In this document: piece after piece, positions 39,356 through 48,802 of the stretch
Numbering within the stretch: the stretch's first letter is position 1
Layout: each line of letters starts with the position of its first letter
Assembly: GCA_001776545.1 (NCBI GenBank)
Contig: MFBZ01000022.1
Location: forward strand, 14,065-78,064
DNA: 64,000 nt
Direction: 5' to 3'
Source of the DNA: Candidatus Curtissbacteria bacterium RIFCSPLOWO2_12_FULL_41_16
GTDB lineage: Bacteria; Patescibacteriota; Microgenomatia; Curtissbacterales; GWA2-41-24
Notes under the pieces: generated by a model
Told to the model about the DNA's origin: nothing
The model's input: the letters and a program-made list of their open reading frames with translations, nothing else
Databases searched by the model: none
Program-made: the position numbers and the translations under genes

Positions 39356-40814
39356 CAAAAATGATAGCTTGATTGTCTTGGTAAACTATTTGCCAATCGG
39401 GCTTTAATTTTAGAACTGCTATCAATGGAAAACTTGGTGGTAAAAAAACAGCGTCGATTTGATACCTTTCAATTTTTTCTTCCCAATCTGGCGCAGCCTG
39501 AATTAAGTTGAGGTATTCGAGGACGAAAGAGCGGCCATTGATGATGAAATTATCCATAGCTCCCCAGTAGAAAACCTTGCGATTTTGGTTTTGGAAAATC
39601 ATAAAATTGCCCCAGTTGGCGTCGTTTAGGATTCGTTTTTCTGGTAAGTTTTTTTCAAGATACAAATTGGCCCTATAAGGCCATGGCCCATAAAATTTGA
39701 TGGTGGACTTGGTTGCCAAAAAGCGACTGTAGTTTTCAGGTGATAAGTAGGCTTGATTTATTTCGAGCAAATTTTTGGCTGCAGTCAAAAATAAGACTGT
39801 GAAGAGGGCAAAGACAGCAAAACGAACTGAAATTGAATTTAATATTTGACTTGCCAATTTTCCCTTAAATTCGAGATAAAGCTGATTGGCAATTGGGACC
39901 AGAAAGACAAACAGTGCAATCGTAAAACGAGATGTGATAAGAGATAAAAGTGAAAAAAGTAAGAGGAAAAACTTTTGCAAAGAGCCGATTTTTGTTTTAA
40001 AGAAGAAAAGAAAAAAGATTATGGCAAAGACTATCACTGCTAGAATCCAGCCGGTTCCCCCAGGTGTAATCAGAGGTTGCCAATCTAAATTGATGCTTGA
40101 GAGGTAAAGATAAGAATTTGAGGTCATAGTGATGGCTTGTAGCCAAGCGCTTAAAAAGTATGGATTGATTAAAGTAGCTAAGATGGAAAGCGTTGATACA
40201 GATAAAAGTGTCCTGGTTTTTTTAAACTGACGTTTTTTATCCTGCGCAAACACTTGCGAGGCAACTATAAGAGCCAAGAGGGTCACTATTCCTAAAATGA
40301 AAGAGCCATGGAAGTTGACCCAAAGAAAAAAGACAAGCGGCATTGCCCAAATAATTTTAGAATTCTGTTTTTGAAATTTGAGGAATAAGAAATAGGTTAT
40401 GGAGAGATAAAGAAGGCCAAAAACTCTCATCCTGCCGCCGGCAATAGTACTTGCCAATAGGACTGCCAATATTAAAAGAGGGTAGCTTACTTTGTTATCT
40501 GATAAAATTTGGGTTATTTTATAAATGAAAAAAAGACAAATAGTTAAGATCAATGAAAATAAGATACTAACCCCATAAAGTCCGAGTAATTTGTAACTTG
40601 CAAAAACTAATATTTCGCCTGCCCATGAGTGATATACGTATGGGTAATTAGATTGGGAGAATGAGAACAAATCTTTTTTGGGGATCGTCTGAGTGTTGAT
40701 GATGTATTCACCAACTCTTAAGTGCCAGCCAAAATCGGTGTCGGTGATGACTTGGAGAGAGAGGAAGAAGATGAAGACGAATGTCAAAAAAAGCAGGAAA
40801 GTTTTCTTGGTCAC
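39327..40814 (-). CDS. Polytopic membrane protein, putative GT-C glycosyltransferase
   Basis: DTDFGWHLRVGEYI, LWVNFHGSF, LINPY, NDANWGNF. Confidence 0.65.
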   Translation of the reverse strand: MTKKTFLLFLTFVFIFFLSLQVITDTDFGWHLRVGEYIINTQTIPKKDLFSFSQSNYPYVYHSWAGEILVFASYKLLGLYGVSILFSLILTICLFFIYKITQILSDNKVSYPLLILAVLLASTIAGGRMRVFGLLYLSITYFLFLKFQKQNSKIIWAMPLVFFLWVNFHGSFILGIVTLLALIVASQVFAQDKKRQFKKTRTLLSVSTLSILATLINPYFLSAWLQAITMTSNSYLYLSSINLDWQPLITPGGTGWILAVIVFAIIFFLFFFKTKIGSLQKFFLLLFSLLSLITSRFTIALFVFLVPIANQLYLEFKGKLASQILNSISVRFAVFALFTVLFLTAAKNLLEINQAYLSPENYSRFLATKSTIKFYGPWPYRANLYLEKNLPEKRILNDANWGNFMIFQNQNRKVFYWGAMDNFIINGRSFVLEYLNLIQAAPDWEEKIERYQIDAVFLPPSFPLIAVLKLKPDWQIVYQDNQAIIFVKNPPTYHP

Positions 40815-40861
40815 TAAATACAGATTATAAACTTAATGTAACACTTGAGCGGAGGAGAATG

Positions 40862-41259
40862 TGGAGATGGAGGGTTTTGAGCCCTCGTCCAAGATTACAA
40901 ATAAAAAACATCTACAAGCATAGTCCAAGCTAAAAGCTAGTCCGCCTGTGGCGGAAATCTTTAAAGTCTCGTTTGAATTTTTAGCCGATTGACGAGCGAA
41001 ACTCAAACAAAGATCGATAGCTTCGATTTTTAATCTGATCAGAATTAAGAATCTACTCCCGGCTGAGTTTGTGCCCCAATGGCTTCACCGAGAAAAAGCC
41101 AAAGAGACAGGTTCTTAAGCTTTATGCAAAAGCCAAAGCTGGTCGAACCGGTGCGACATCTCTGTCTGCACTTAATTTTGATTCAAAGTTTAACGCACTT
41201 TAGAATCGTGTTCGGCTTGCAGTTTTTAAAGTGCAATCCTGTCGAAACGATACATCCCC
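40862..41259 (-). ncRNA. ssrA: tmRNA
   Basis: 5' GGGGATGTATCGTTTCGAC, 3' GAGGG-CTCAAAA-CCCTC-CATCTCCA; tag ORF 41169-41122 reads ADRDVAPVRPALAFA*. Confidence 0.93.
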
Positions 41260-41358
41260 TCGTCGAAGCAAGGCTTTGCTTCGACGACCTTAGACCTTCG
41301 GTCTTTGGTCTAGCGCAAGCCTGCTTCTCCTCTCAAAAATTCTGACGAATTTTTGGAA
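41260..41358. repeat. ~95-bp structured dispersed repeat (family R1), copy 1
   Basis: TCGTCGAAGCAAGGCTTTGCT...TAGCGCAAGCCTGCTTCTCCTC..CAAAAATT...AATTTTTG; homologous to 49711 and 53024. Confidence 0.75.
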
Positions 41359-41420
41359 GACTAGAAGGAATTTTAGCAGAAATTAGCTTCAAAATCAAGC
41401 GGCGATGTAATATAAATGTG

Positions 41421-42134
41421 ATGGTCAATTTGCTCTTTGATTTTCTTTTCCCCAAACGCTGTGTTTCCTGCGGAAAGTTTGGCGCCTACATTTGTAAGGG
41501 TTGTTTTTCAAAAATTGAATATATCGAAAAGCCAGTTTGTTCAGTTTGCCAAAGACAGGCAATAGGCGGCAAGACTCATCCGGGATGTCGGAGCCGGTAT
41601 GGCCTTGATGGTTTGGTGGTGGCTTGTCGGTATCGAGGGCCGGTTAAGCGGGCAATTACCAAAGTTAAGTACAAATGGATCTATGATATTGAGAAAATCT
41701 TTGTGGATTTGACAGCAGACAATCTTTGGCGTTTTGATCTTCCGTCTGATCTGACAATAGTACCAGTACCTCTGCATTCAAAAAGAAAGCGATGGAGGGG
41801 TTTTAACCAAAGCGAGATTTTGGCCAAGTCTTTGGCCAAAAAGTTTGGGGTAGACTTGCGAGATGTTCTCATAAGAACTAGGGAAACCAAGAGTCAAGTT
41901 GGACTCAAAAGAGACGAGAGAAAAGAGAATGTCAAAGGGGCTTTTAGTCTCAACGCTATCCAAACCCGGTTTGGAATAGCTTCACAAACCGGGTTTGTTA
42001 GGAGTGTGGAAGGCAAAAACTTTATGCTTGTCGATGATGTCTATACCAGCGGCGCAACCATGGCGGAATGTTGTCGGGTTCTTAAAAAAGCAGGGGCAAG
42101 GCAAGTTTGGGGACTGACAGTGGCTTTGGGTTAG
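41421..42134 (+). CDS. comF: ComF family amidophosphoribosyltransferase-like competence protein
   Basis: FPKRCVSC..ICKGC, VPVPLH..RWRGFNQS, LVDDVYTSGAT. Confidence 0.92.
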   Translation: MVNLLFDFLFPKRCVSCGKFGAYICKGCFSKIEYIEKPVCSVCQRQAIGGKTHPGCRSRYGLDGLVVACRYRGPVKRAITKVKYKWIYDIEKIFVDLTADNLWRFDLPSDLTIVPVPLHSKRKRWRGFNQSEILAKSLAKKFGVDLRDVLIRTRETKSQVGLKRDERKENVKGAFSLNAIQTRFGIASQTGFVRSVEGKNFMLVDDVYTSGATMAECCRVLKKAGARQVWGLTVALG

Positions 42135-42517
42135 GCTTTCAAAACATCAATGTCATATTGCCAAATCTTTTGGTCACTTGTAATTAGGGTTAAACTTTCG
42201 ATCTGAGATTGAGAAATTAACAATCTGTCGAATGGGTCTGCGTGGTAGTGAGGCAATTTTTGTATACCCAAGACGTGCGTCATTTGTATTGGTAATATAA
42301 TAAATCCGGATTGTTTTATTCCTTTTTCAAGAGTTATTGAAGTTTTTAATTTACCTTTCGCTCTTTTTATTACTATTTCCCAGATAGTGGCGGCGGATAA
42401 AATTATTGTGTTTTTAGGATTTTTGAGGATGTTGAATAAGTTTTTATCGAGTCTTTTTTTGTTTTCCATCCACCATATGAAGATATGGGTGTCCAACAAA
42501 AAGCCTTTGCTACTCAC
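42131..42517 (-). CDS. VapC PIN-domain toxin
   Basis: LLDTHIFIW, SAATIWEI, HADPFDRLLISQ, LITSD. Confidence 0.92.
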   Translation of the reverse strand: MSSKGFLLDTHIFIWWMENKKRLDKNLFNILKNPKNTIILSAATIWEIVIKRAKGKLKTSITLEKGIKQSGFIILPIQMTHVLGIQKLPHYHADPFDRLLISQSQIESLTLITSDQKIWQYDIDVLKA

Positions 42518-42743
42518 CGTAAAATAGCTTGTTTATTTCTGGGTCTTCTTCATCAAAATCATCAGAAACCCAAATCTTCCCTTTCCATAAGCCTGGCTTG
42601 CGCGGCTTGAGTTCTTCTTTGTAGGGAGTGAGTTTGACGACGGGTTTGCCGGCTTTGGCAATTATAACCTCTTCGCCTTTTTGTGTCTTTTCTATAAGTT
42701 TTGAAAGATTGGTTTTTGCTTGGTGAATATTAAATATTTGCAT
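42510..42743 (-). CDS. Phd/YefM antitoxin
   Basis: NIHQAKTNLSKLI..GEEVIIAKAGKPV. Confidence 0.92.
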   Translation of the reverse strand: MQIFNIHQAKTNLSKLIEKTQKGEEVIIAKAGKPVVKLTPYKEELKPRKPGLWKGKIWVSDDFDEEDPEINKLFYGE

Positions 42744-42831
42744 ATTAACTCCCTTAGCTAACTTAGCTAAGTATAACTTATAAACGTAGCTTTCGTCAAG
42801 ACTTGATTTTTGGTAAAATGTGTTGTTGCTT

Positions 42832-42915
42832 GGAGGGTGGGCCGGACGGCAAGGCACAAGTTTGCTAAACTTGCTGGGCGAAAGTCCAGAGTGGGTTCGA
42901 CTCCCACACCCTCCG
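42832..42915 (+). tRNA. tRNA-Ser(GCT)
   Basis: GGAGGGT acceptor, CAAGT-TTGCTAA-ACTTG anticodon arm, long variable arm, GTTCGACTC. Confidence 0.92.
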
Positions 42916-42923
42916 CTTGATTA

Positions 42924-43010
42924 GGTGGGGTGCGAGAGTGGATTAATCGGATTGTCTTGAAAACAATTGTGGCAGCAATGTCACCGTGGGTTCGAATCCC
43001 ACCCCCACCG
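42924..43010 (+). tRNA. tRNA-Ser(TGA)
   Basis: ATTGT-CTTGAAA-ACAAT anticodon arm, long variable arm, GTTCGAATC. Confidence 0.93.
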
Positions 43011-43228
43011 CCGAAACCCTTGGGTTGCTCCAAGTCCCATCCACTATGGTCAATTAGCCTATTGGGGCTTGCCAAAAATTCGCAGAAAAGCTTCAGTGTC
43101 CCAGTTATAGCCTGTAATGTTTAAAATCGCCCAAAATGCCCTAAAGGTAATCGCCCACGGTTCTAAGCTTTTGTCGAAAAACAGCCAAAACTAGCAATTT
43201 TTTGTTGAAAAGAGGCTTATTGAAGAAG

Positions 43229-44548
43229 TTATTGGATATTAAGTTGGCGGTCGATTAGCTTGAACCTTGAATTAACACCTTTGAGGATTTTGATGCGTTC
43301 TTCCGGGCTTCCAAACTGTAGTATGTGTAGTAAATAATCTCTCAACATATCAGTTTGTGTTTGGGTATATTCCATCTTGATTTGTGATCCAGCATTATTG
43401 TGAGGCGTCATTTCAAATCTTGATGATTGGTCAGACATCACTGCAAATTTGAGATTCTGTAATCTCTTAATTTCAATCTTGAATTCCTGCATGAGATATG
43501 AGGTATTCAGTCTTATTTCGGGAAGATAGCCGATTAGTTGTTTTATCAATTCTTGCTCGGTAATGTATGGCTCAGGACAATCATACTTTTTGATCCTGTT
43601 GCAATGGTAGTAAATATGGGAGTTTACGATATTTGCTCTTGTCCTCCTGTATTTAATCTCAGCAGTGACACTGCCGCCGCAGCTTCCGCAGATACATATT
43701 TTCTTAAAAGGGAATAATTGTTTATTCCATTGCCTCGGTGCGACCTGAAGCTGTATTTGCACCTTTTCAAAAGTCTGTTTTGATATTAGCGGTGGGTGAG
43801 TACCCTTATACCAGGTGTCCCCATACTTAAACTCACCGTAGTAAAAGGGGTTTTGCAGAACAAAGTATACTTTGCTAAGCGCCAGTCTGCAGCCGTTTTT
43901 GGTTGTAAATTTAACGTCATCAAGCCATTTTTTAACCATCCTGCCGGAAAATCCTTTGTATGCAACCTTGTAAAACATTTCCTTCACAACTGGTGCCCGT
44001 TCAGGATCAAGTTCTACTATTGATATCCGGTTTTCTTTAAGAATATTTTTGTAACCAATTGGTGCTACTCCTGGCCGAATGCCAATCTCGCACTTATTTC
44101 TAAGCCCCCGTTTTACATTTACTCCCCGGTTGTCGTTTTCTAGTTTGGCCTGAGAGCAGAGAATCATAAGTAGAAATTTCTCGTTTGGGTTATTACTAAA
44201 TGTTTGTGAGTAGGTTTTAATTTGAACCAGTTTCTCTTGATCCATCAAATCAACAATTTTTCCCAAATCTCCGGCATTTCTGCTTAAGCGGTCTGGTGCC
44301 CAAGTTATAATGCCGCTAAGTTCACCTTGCTCGATATCAATTAGGAGTTGGTTGAATACTGGCCTTTGCCCGGAGAGTTTTGCCGAATGGCTTTCTTCTC
44401 TAATTTCCTTAATATGTAAGCCTTCTCGGTTAGCCAAAGTCTGCATTTCCTTTATTTGAGAATCGATGCTCATTGCTTGTCTTTCATCAGATTCAGAAGA
44501 TTTGCGGGCATAGAGGCAATAGTTTATCTTTGGGCTTTGACTATCCAT
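43229..44548 (-). CDS. Large serine recombinase (resolvase + recombinase + Zn-ribbon)
   Basis: YARKSS, RPVFNQLL, DRLSRN, APIGY, NPFYYG, HPPLIS, CGSCG...YYHC. Confidence 0.93.
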   Translation of the reverse strand: MDSQSPKINYCLYARKSSESDERQAMSIDSQIKEMQTLANREGLHIKEIREESHSAKLSGQRPVFNQLLIDIEQGELSGIITWAPDRLSRNAGDLGKIVDLMDQEKLVQIKTYSQTFSNNPNEKFLLMILCSQAKLENDNRGVNVKRGLRNKCEIGIRPGVAPIGYKNILKENRISIVELDPERAPVVKEMFYKVAYKGFSGRMVKKWLDDVKFTTKNGCRLALSKVYFVLQNPFYYGEFKYGDTWYKGTHPPLISKQTFEKVQIQLQVAPRQWNKQLFPFKKICICGSCGGSVTAEIKYRRTRANIVNSHIYYHCNRIKKYDCPEPYITEQELIKQLIGYLPEIRLNTSYLMQEFKIEIKRLQNLKFAVMSDQSSRFEMTPHNNAGSQIKMEYTQTQTDMLRDYLLHILQFGSPEERIKILKGVNSRFKLIDRQLNIQ

Positions 44549-44721
44549 ATTCAGGGGTACAGAGTACCGCAATAAACATGGAAGTCTAGCTAGGGGAACT
44601 ACTATGGCCAATTGCGAAAGCCTCTCCTCTCGATAATCAAGCCTCTGTTTAGTATAATTCTGGCTCTAATATATGCTTGGCAAATAGATATTTAAAATCC
44701 GTTGATTGTTAAGGAGATTGA

Positions 44722-46023
44722 ATGCATAATGAAGTTGACATGCCTGGTCAAGGACAAAAAGAGATTCAGCTAGATGAGAATCAAAGAGAATTATCTCAAC
44801 GAGTTTTTCAAAGGGCAAGGCAATTAATACAAAAATTCGGAGAAGACTCTACTTGGGGTGAAAGTTTACCAAAAGAAGTAGTTTATCTAGATGTTGAAGA
44901 TTCTGGAGATAGACGAGGCAAAAATAGAATAGTGATTTGGGGAGATGGTGAAGGTGACAAAGTAATCATTTTTTACAATAAAACTTATTCGAAGGGTGTT
45001 TACTTAAATAATCAAGTTACTCTAAAGGACGGTGAGGTAGTAAGACATAATGCCGATATTGAAGATTGGCATGGCGACTCTCCAATTATTAATCCCCCGT
45101 GGCAAGAGCCACCTACACCTGAGATGGTAAAAGTCATGGGCTCCCGTTTTCACCCAGCAGAGTATTCTCACGGTTCACTTAACCTTTCTGAGATTGATAG
45201 ATTTTTATCAGAGGGTAAAGTGGTCTCGAATCCGAAAAAGGATCGAATAGTTGAAGAAGCTATAAAAAGATTAAGTGAGGTTGAGAAAGAAAGAGTGTTT
45301 GGCAAACCCCAAGATGCTGCCCAAAAAGCGAGAGATATATGGTCGGAAGAAGCGATTTTAAGAGATTTAGAAAGAATTAAAAGTTTACCAGAGGAAGAAC
45401 AAAGAGATGTTGAAGAAAGATTAGCCTTATCTTACGTAGAAGCTGCTTTTAAAGAGCTTTCCGCTATAAATTCCCTTGCCAACGACACTCCTGAAGCCGA
45501 AACAAGGCAAAGAATTTTGGATGAAGCAAGAGAGGCAATCAGACGAGAGAAGAAGTTTCATGTCCTAGCGAAGCAGCTTTCTAGAACTGTTTCCGGTGAA
45601 CCGATTGATTGGTCAAAGATCAAGCTTAGAGAGTTTGGCCGGATGTACGAGAGGCATGAGACTTCAGAGTATTGGCAACTTGCAAGACTCGTTTATAAAA
45701 AAGTAATCCAGCTTTCCGAAAAAGATGGCGATACAGCTATTCAAGCTGCGGCTACAATGGAGCTTGCAAGAGTGTTAGAAAAGTTGGGTAGTGACATTAC
45801 TGAAGTCGATAGACTTTATCAGTCTGCGCATCAACTTAATTGGGCTTCAAGAGGTGATAGAAACTACAATAGGCAGGTAACCATTGAAGGTAATATCTTA
45901 AGAAGAAATTTGAAAAAAGGGGATGTTGGTGGTACTTTAAACTCAGCTAAAAGTTTAGGCTGGATGCTGCTTCACGACCCCAAGCAGGCAATCGTACTAG
46001 GTAAGAAGGTTTTAGGTGGTTAA
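44722..46023 (+). CDS. Hypothetical protein, helical C-terminal half
   Basis: 433-aa ORF with AAGGAG SD. Confidence 0.7.
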   Translation: MHNEVDMPGQGQKEIQLDENQRELSQRVFQRARQLIQKFGEDSTWGESLPKEVVYLDVEDSGDRRGKNRIVIWGDGEGDKVIIFYNKTYSKGVYLNNQVTLKDGEVVRHNADIEDWHGDSPIINPPWQEPPTPEMVKVMGSRFHPAEYSHGSLNLSEIDRFLSEGKVVSNPKKDRIVEEAIKRLSEVEKERVFGKPQDAAQKARDIWSEEAILRDLERIKSLPEEEQRDVEERLALSYVEAAFKELSAINSLANDTPEAETRQRILDEAREAIRREKKFHVLAKQLSRTVSGEPIDWSKIKLREFGRMYERHETSEYWQLARLVYKKVIQLSEKDGDTAIQAAATMELARVLEKLGSDITEVDRLYQSAHQLNWASRGDRNYNRQVTIEGNILRRNLKKGDVGGTLNSAKSLGWMLLHDPKQAIVLGKKVLGG

Positions 46024-46026
46024 TTT

Positions 46027-46722
46027 ATGAGTGAACAAAAACTTAGTGCAAAAGAACACCACAGGCAAGCAGAAGAGTTAAGGGAAAGCGACAGACATCT
46101 GGAAGCTTTAAAGGAGCTAGATCAAGCTGTCGTTCTATACCAGGAAGATAAAGACTATCAAGGTATTTGTGAAGCATTGCAAAGTAGAGTGCTAACTTTT
46201 AAGCATCTTTATTTTCTTTCAAAAGATACAGCCTTTGCGATAATTGCCCAAAAGGAGGCGGAGGCAAGTCTTGAGGTTGCCCAGCAACATAGTGTTGGCA
46301 ATAAATTGGGGTCTTGTTACTTTAGACTCGGAGAAATTGCAATGATCTTTGACAACTTTCCTCAAGCAATTGATTGGTATCAAAAGGCGCTTGAGGATTA
46401 TCAGGGTAGCCTTTCAGAAAAAGGTGACTATAGATATCATCTAGGTGAAGCACTATACAAAAATGGCCAAAAAGAAGAAGGCAAGAAAACAATTCTGGCA
46501 GGACTTGATGAGATACAAAGAGGTGCACCCGAAGTTGATCCTTTTTTAGTGCATGTTTGGGAATCAGGTCTTCATATGAAGCTAGCCGATCTTTTAAGAG
46601 ACGATGAGCCAGAAGAAGCAAGAAAGCATCTAGATGAAGCCAGGAAAATTGCTGATTCTGACCAAAGACTTATCATTCGCAGAAGACAGATTGAAGAGGT
46701 CGGGAAATCTTTTCGAAATTAG
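46027..46722 (+). CDS. Tetratricopeptide repeat protein
   Basis: YFRLGEIA...AIDWYQKAL, YHLGEALYKNG. Confidence 0.8.
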   Translation: MSEQKLSAKEHHRQAEELRESDRHLEALKELDQAVVLYQEDKDYQGICEALQSRVLTFKHLYFLSKDTAFAIIAQKEAEASLEVAQQHSVGNKLGSCYFRLGEIAMIFDNFPQAIDWYQKALEDYQGSLSEKGDYRYHLGEALYKNGQKEEGKKTILAGLDEIQRGAPEVDPFLVHVWESGLHMKLADLLRDDEPEEARKHLDEARKIADSDQRLIIRRRQIEEVGKSFRN

Positions 46723-46743
46723 CTTGTTATTTTCCTAATAATT

Positions 46744-47553
46744 ATGTTTGGAAACACTATTATTTCTAAGTTGGAAGCGGAAATTTCAAAAAAACCATCT
46801 GTCATTGGTCTCGTTTTGGTTGGATCTTACGCTCGAGAAAAAATATACAGTGCAAATGAATATTCCGACATGGAAGTTTACGTCATAGTTTTGGACGGCA
46901 ATGTATCCAAAGTCGAGAAAGATTTAATTGAAATTGCAAAACAACTGGGAGAGATTATATTCCACTACAAAAATAGGTGGGCTGGATTTTCGGTTGTTTT
47001 TGATAACTTATTTCGTCTTGAGCTTCCAGTGATTAAACAGTCAGATATTAAAAGTGTTTTTTTAAGACCGATTGCGCAACCAGTCAAAATTTTGATAGAC
47101 AAAACCAACGGTGAATTAAAGAAGGCTTTGGATACTAGACAAAAAGAAATAGATATCGAATCTCTGTTTCAAGAAACCTTTTTTGATTTCTGGTATATGG
47201 CTGTTTTGGCAGTGCAATATCTTAAAAAAGGAGAATATTGGAATGCCAGACACGCTCAGGAAGTTGTTCTTGTACCTGCACTTATAAAACTTTTTGAGAT
47301 TCTGGATAACAAAGAAGCTTTAATGCTTGAAACCAATAAAAGAATAGAGCAATTTCTTAGCGAAGAAAGACTAAATGTTCTAAAAAAGATTTCCAGTGTT
47401 TACAATTCAGACAACATAAAGGATGTTTTAAAAATCAGTATGGGGGAGTTTGTAAGCGTTTGTAACGAAATTAAGAAAAAATATGGCTTCAGGTACGAGG
47501 AAGATGTTGTGGATAAAGTTAAACCAAAATTAGACAAACTGCTTGGTTCCTGA
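46744..47553 (+). CDS. LinB/ANT(6)-like nucleotidyltransferase
   Basis: LVGSYAR...YSDMEVYV, ILIDK, FWYMA....KKGEYWNA helical C-domain. Confidence 0.7.
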   Translation: MFGNTIISKLEAEISKKPSVIGLVLVGSYAREKIYSANEYSDMEVYVIVLDGNVSKVEKDLIEIAKQLGEIIFHYKNRWAGFSVVFDNLFRLELPVIKQSDIKSVFLRPIAQPVKILIDKTNGELKKALDTRQKEIDIESLFQETFFDFWYMAVLAVQYLKKGEYWNARHAQEVVLVPALIKLFEILDNKEALMLETNKRIEQFLSEERLNVLKKISSVYNSDNIKDVLKISMGEFVSVCNEIKKKYGFRYEEDVVDKVKPKLDKLLGS

Positions 47554-47660
47554 GTTAAAGCATTAAATATATCGAACTATATCAAATCTTAATTTGAGAC
47601 AAGCCCTTTTTATAATCGCTTGCGATTACATCGCGCGCTCTTGTAACGCAAGAGCGATAT

Positions 47661-47774
47661 AGTGTCTCATTTGTCTCATTTAGCCTCGAAGATGAGACAC
47701 TAAACCTCTCCGATTTGGTACAATACCCATCGGGTGACTATGGGAGCGTTGGGTCCCAGACCCACATGCTCCGC
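47661..47774 (+). repeat. ~115-bp repeat (family R2) ending in a tRNA-3'-like segment, copy 1
   Basis: AGTGTCTCATTTGTCTCATTTAGCCTCG..TGAGACAC..GATTTGGTACAATAC..GACTATGGGAGCGTTGGGTCCCAGACCCACATGCTCCGC. Confidence 0.75.
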
Positions 47775-47893
47775 CAAGCGAAGGAAGGTTCGTTCATAGT
47801 GCAAACGAAGTGCACTATGCTTCGCAAAGCGAACATCCTGCCGCCTCCGCTGAAGTGCCGTTTGCGACGGTTTGATTCTGCTACAATTTGGCT

Positions 47894-48556
47894 GTGAAAC
47901 TCTTGCTTACATCTTCCGGCTTCAGAAATAAGTCTATTGCCAAGGCTCTTGCAGACTTAGTTGGCAGATCTTTTGCTAAAACAAATTTGGCATTTATTCC
48001 TACTGCCGCAAATGTGGAGGAGGGTGACAAGTGTTGGTTGATTGATGACTTAACGAACTGTAAGAAACTTGGATTTAAGATGATAGATATTGTAGACATT
48101 TCTGCCATAGCTAAAGAACTTTGGGAGCCAAGATTAAGTGCTGCAGATGTTTTGATGTTTGGGGGAGGAAATACTTTTCATTTAATATACTGGATTCGAA
48201 AGTCTGGGCTGGAGAAACTTCTACCCCGTTTACTCAAACAGAGGGTGTATGTGGGAATTAGCGCTGTAAGTATGGTCACGAGCAAAAGAATCCTTCTAAG
48301 TGAATCCAAGAAGCTATACTATGAGGACCTGAAAGGTCATCAGGACGAAAGAGGGCTTGGTTTTGTAAGTTTCCAGATTCGGCCACATCTGAATAATAGC
48401 TTTTTCCCAAATGTAAAAGAAGAAATTTTAAAAGAACAGGCGAAAAAGATTCCGGAGCAGATTTATGCTCTTGATGACGAGATGGCAATTAAGGTTGAAG
48501 ATAAGAACATCGAGGTTGTAGGAGAAGGTAAGTATTTACTGCTTAATGTAAGTTAA
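47894..48556 (+). CDS. Peptidase S51 (dipeptidase E-like)
   Basis: AFIPTAA, FGGGNTFHL, YVGISA, RPHLN, YALDD. Confidence 0.88.
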   Translation: MKLLLTSSGFRNKSIAKALADLVGRSFAKTNLAFIPTAANVEEGDKCWLIDDLTNCKKLGFKMIDIVDISAIAKELWEPRLSAADVLMFGGGNTFHLIYWIRKSGLEKLLPRLLKQRVYVGISAVSMVTSKRILLSESKKLYYEDLKGHQDERGLGFVSFQIRPHLNNSFFPNVKEEILKEQAKKIPEQIYALDDEMAIKVEDKNIEVVGEGKYLLLNVS

Positions 48557-48656
48557 ATCGATGAACCGCACGTGGGAGCTTTACCCGCCCGAATTTTTGA
48601 GGCTGCCAGCTCGGGTGCTATCCCTCCGGGTAGGTGAATTGAAAACCCGCAAATAG

Positions 48657-48751
48657 TATAATCTATACTCACTCGAACGGTGACTGGTTGCAGAGCGATT
48701 TGCTCTAATTGCTCTCGGAAAAAAGTTCCAACATAGTCAACTAGGCACCGC
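48657..48751 (+). ncRNA. Candidate small structured RNA with -10 box, copy 1
   Basis: TATAAT, then a CGGTG...CACCG closing stem with two internal hairpins; duplicated at 49620. Confidence 0.55.
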
Positions 48752-48802
48752 CGAAGCCCTATAACATTTGACTTCCTAGTGTGGGTTAAGTATAATTCGC
48801 AT

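Noticed and set aside
41079-41345. 88-aa plus-strand ORF
   Set aside because: Antisense to tmRNA and repeat R1
48678-48750. Hammerhead ribozyme or tRNA identity for the duplicated RNA
   Set aside because: Lacks the CUGAnGA core and lacks D and T arm consensus
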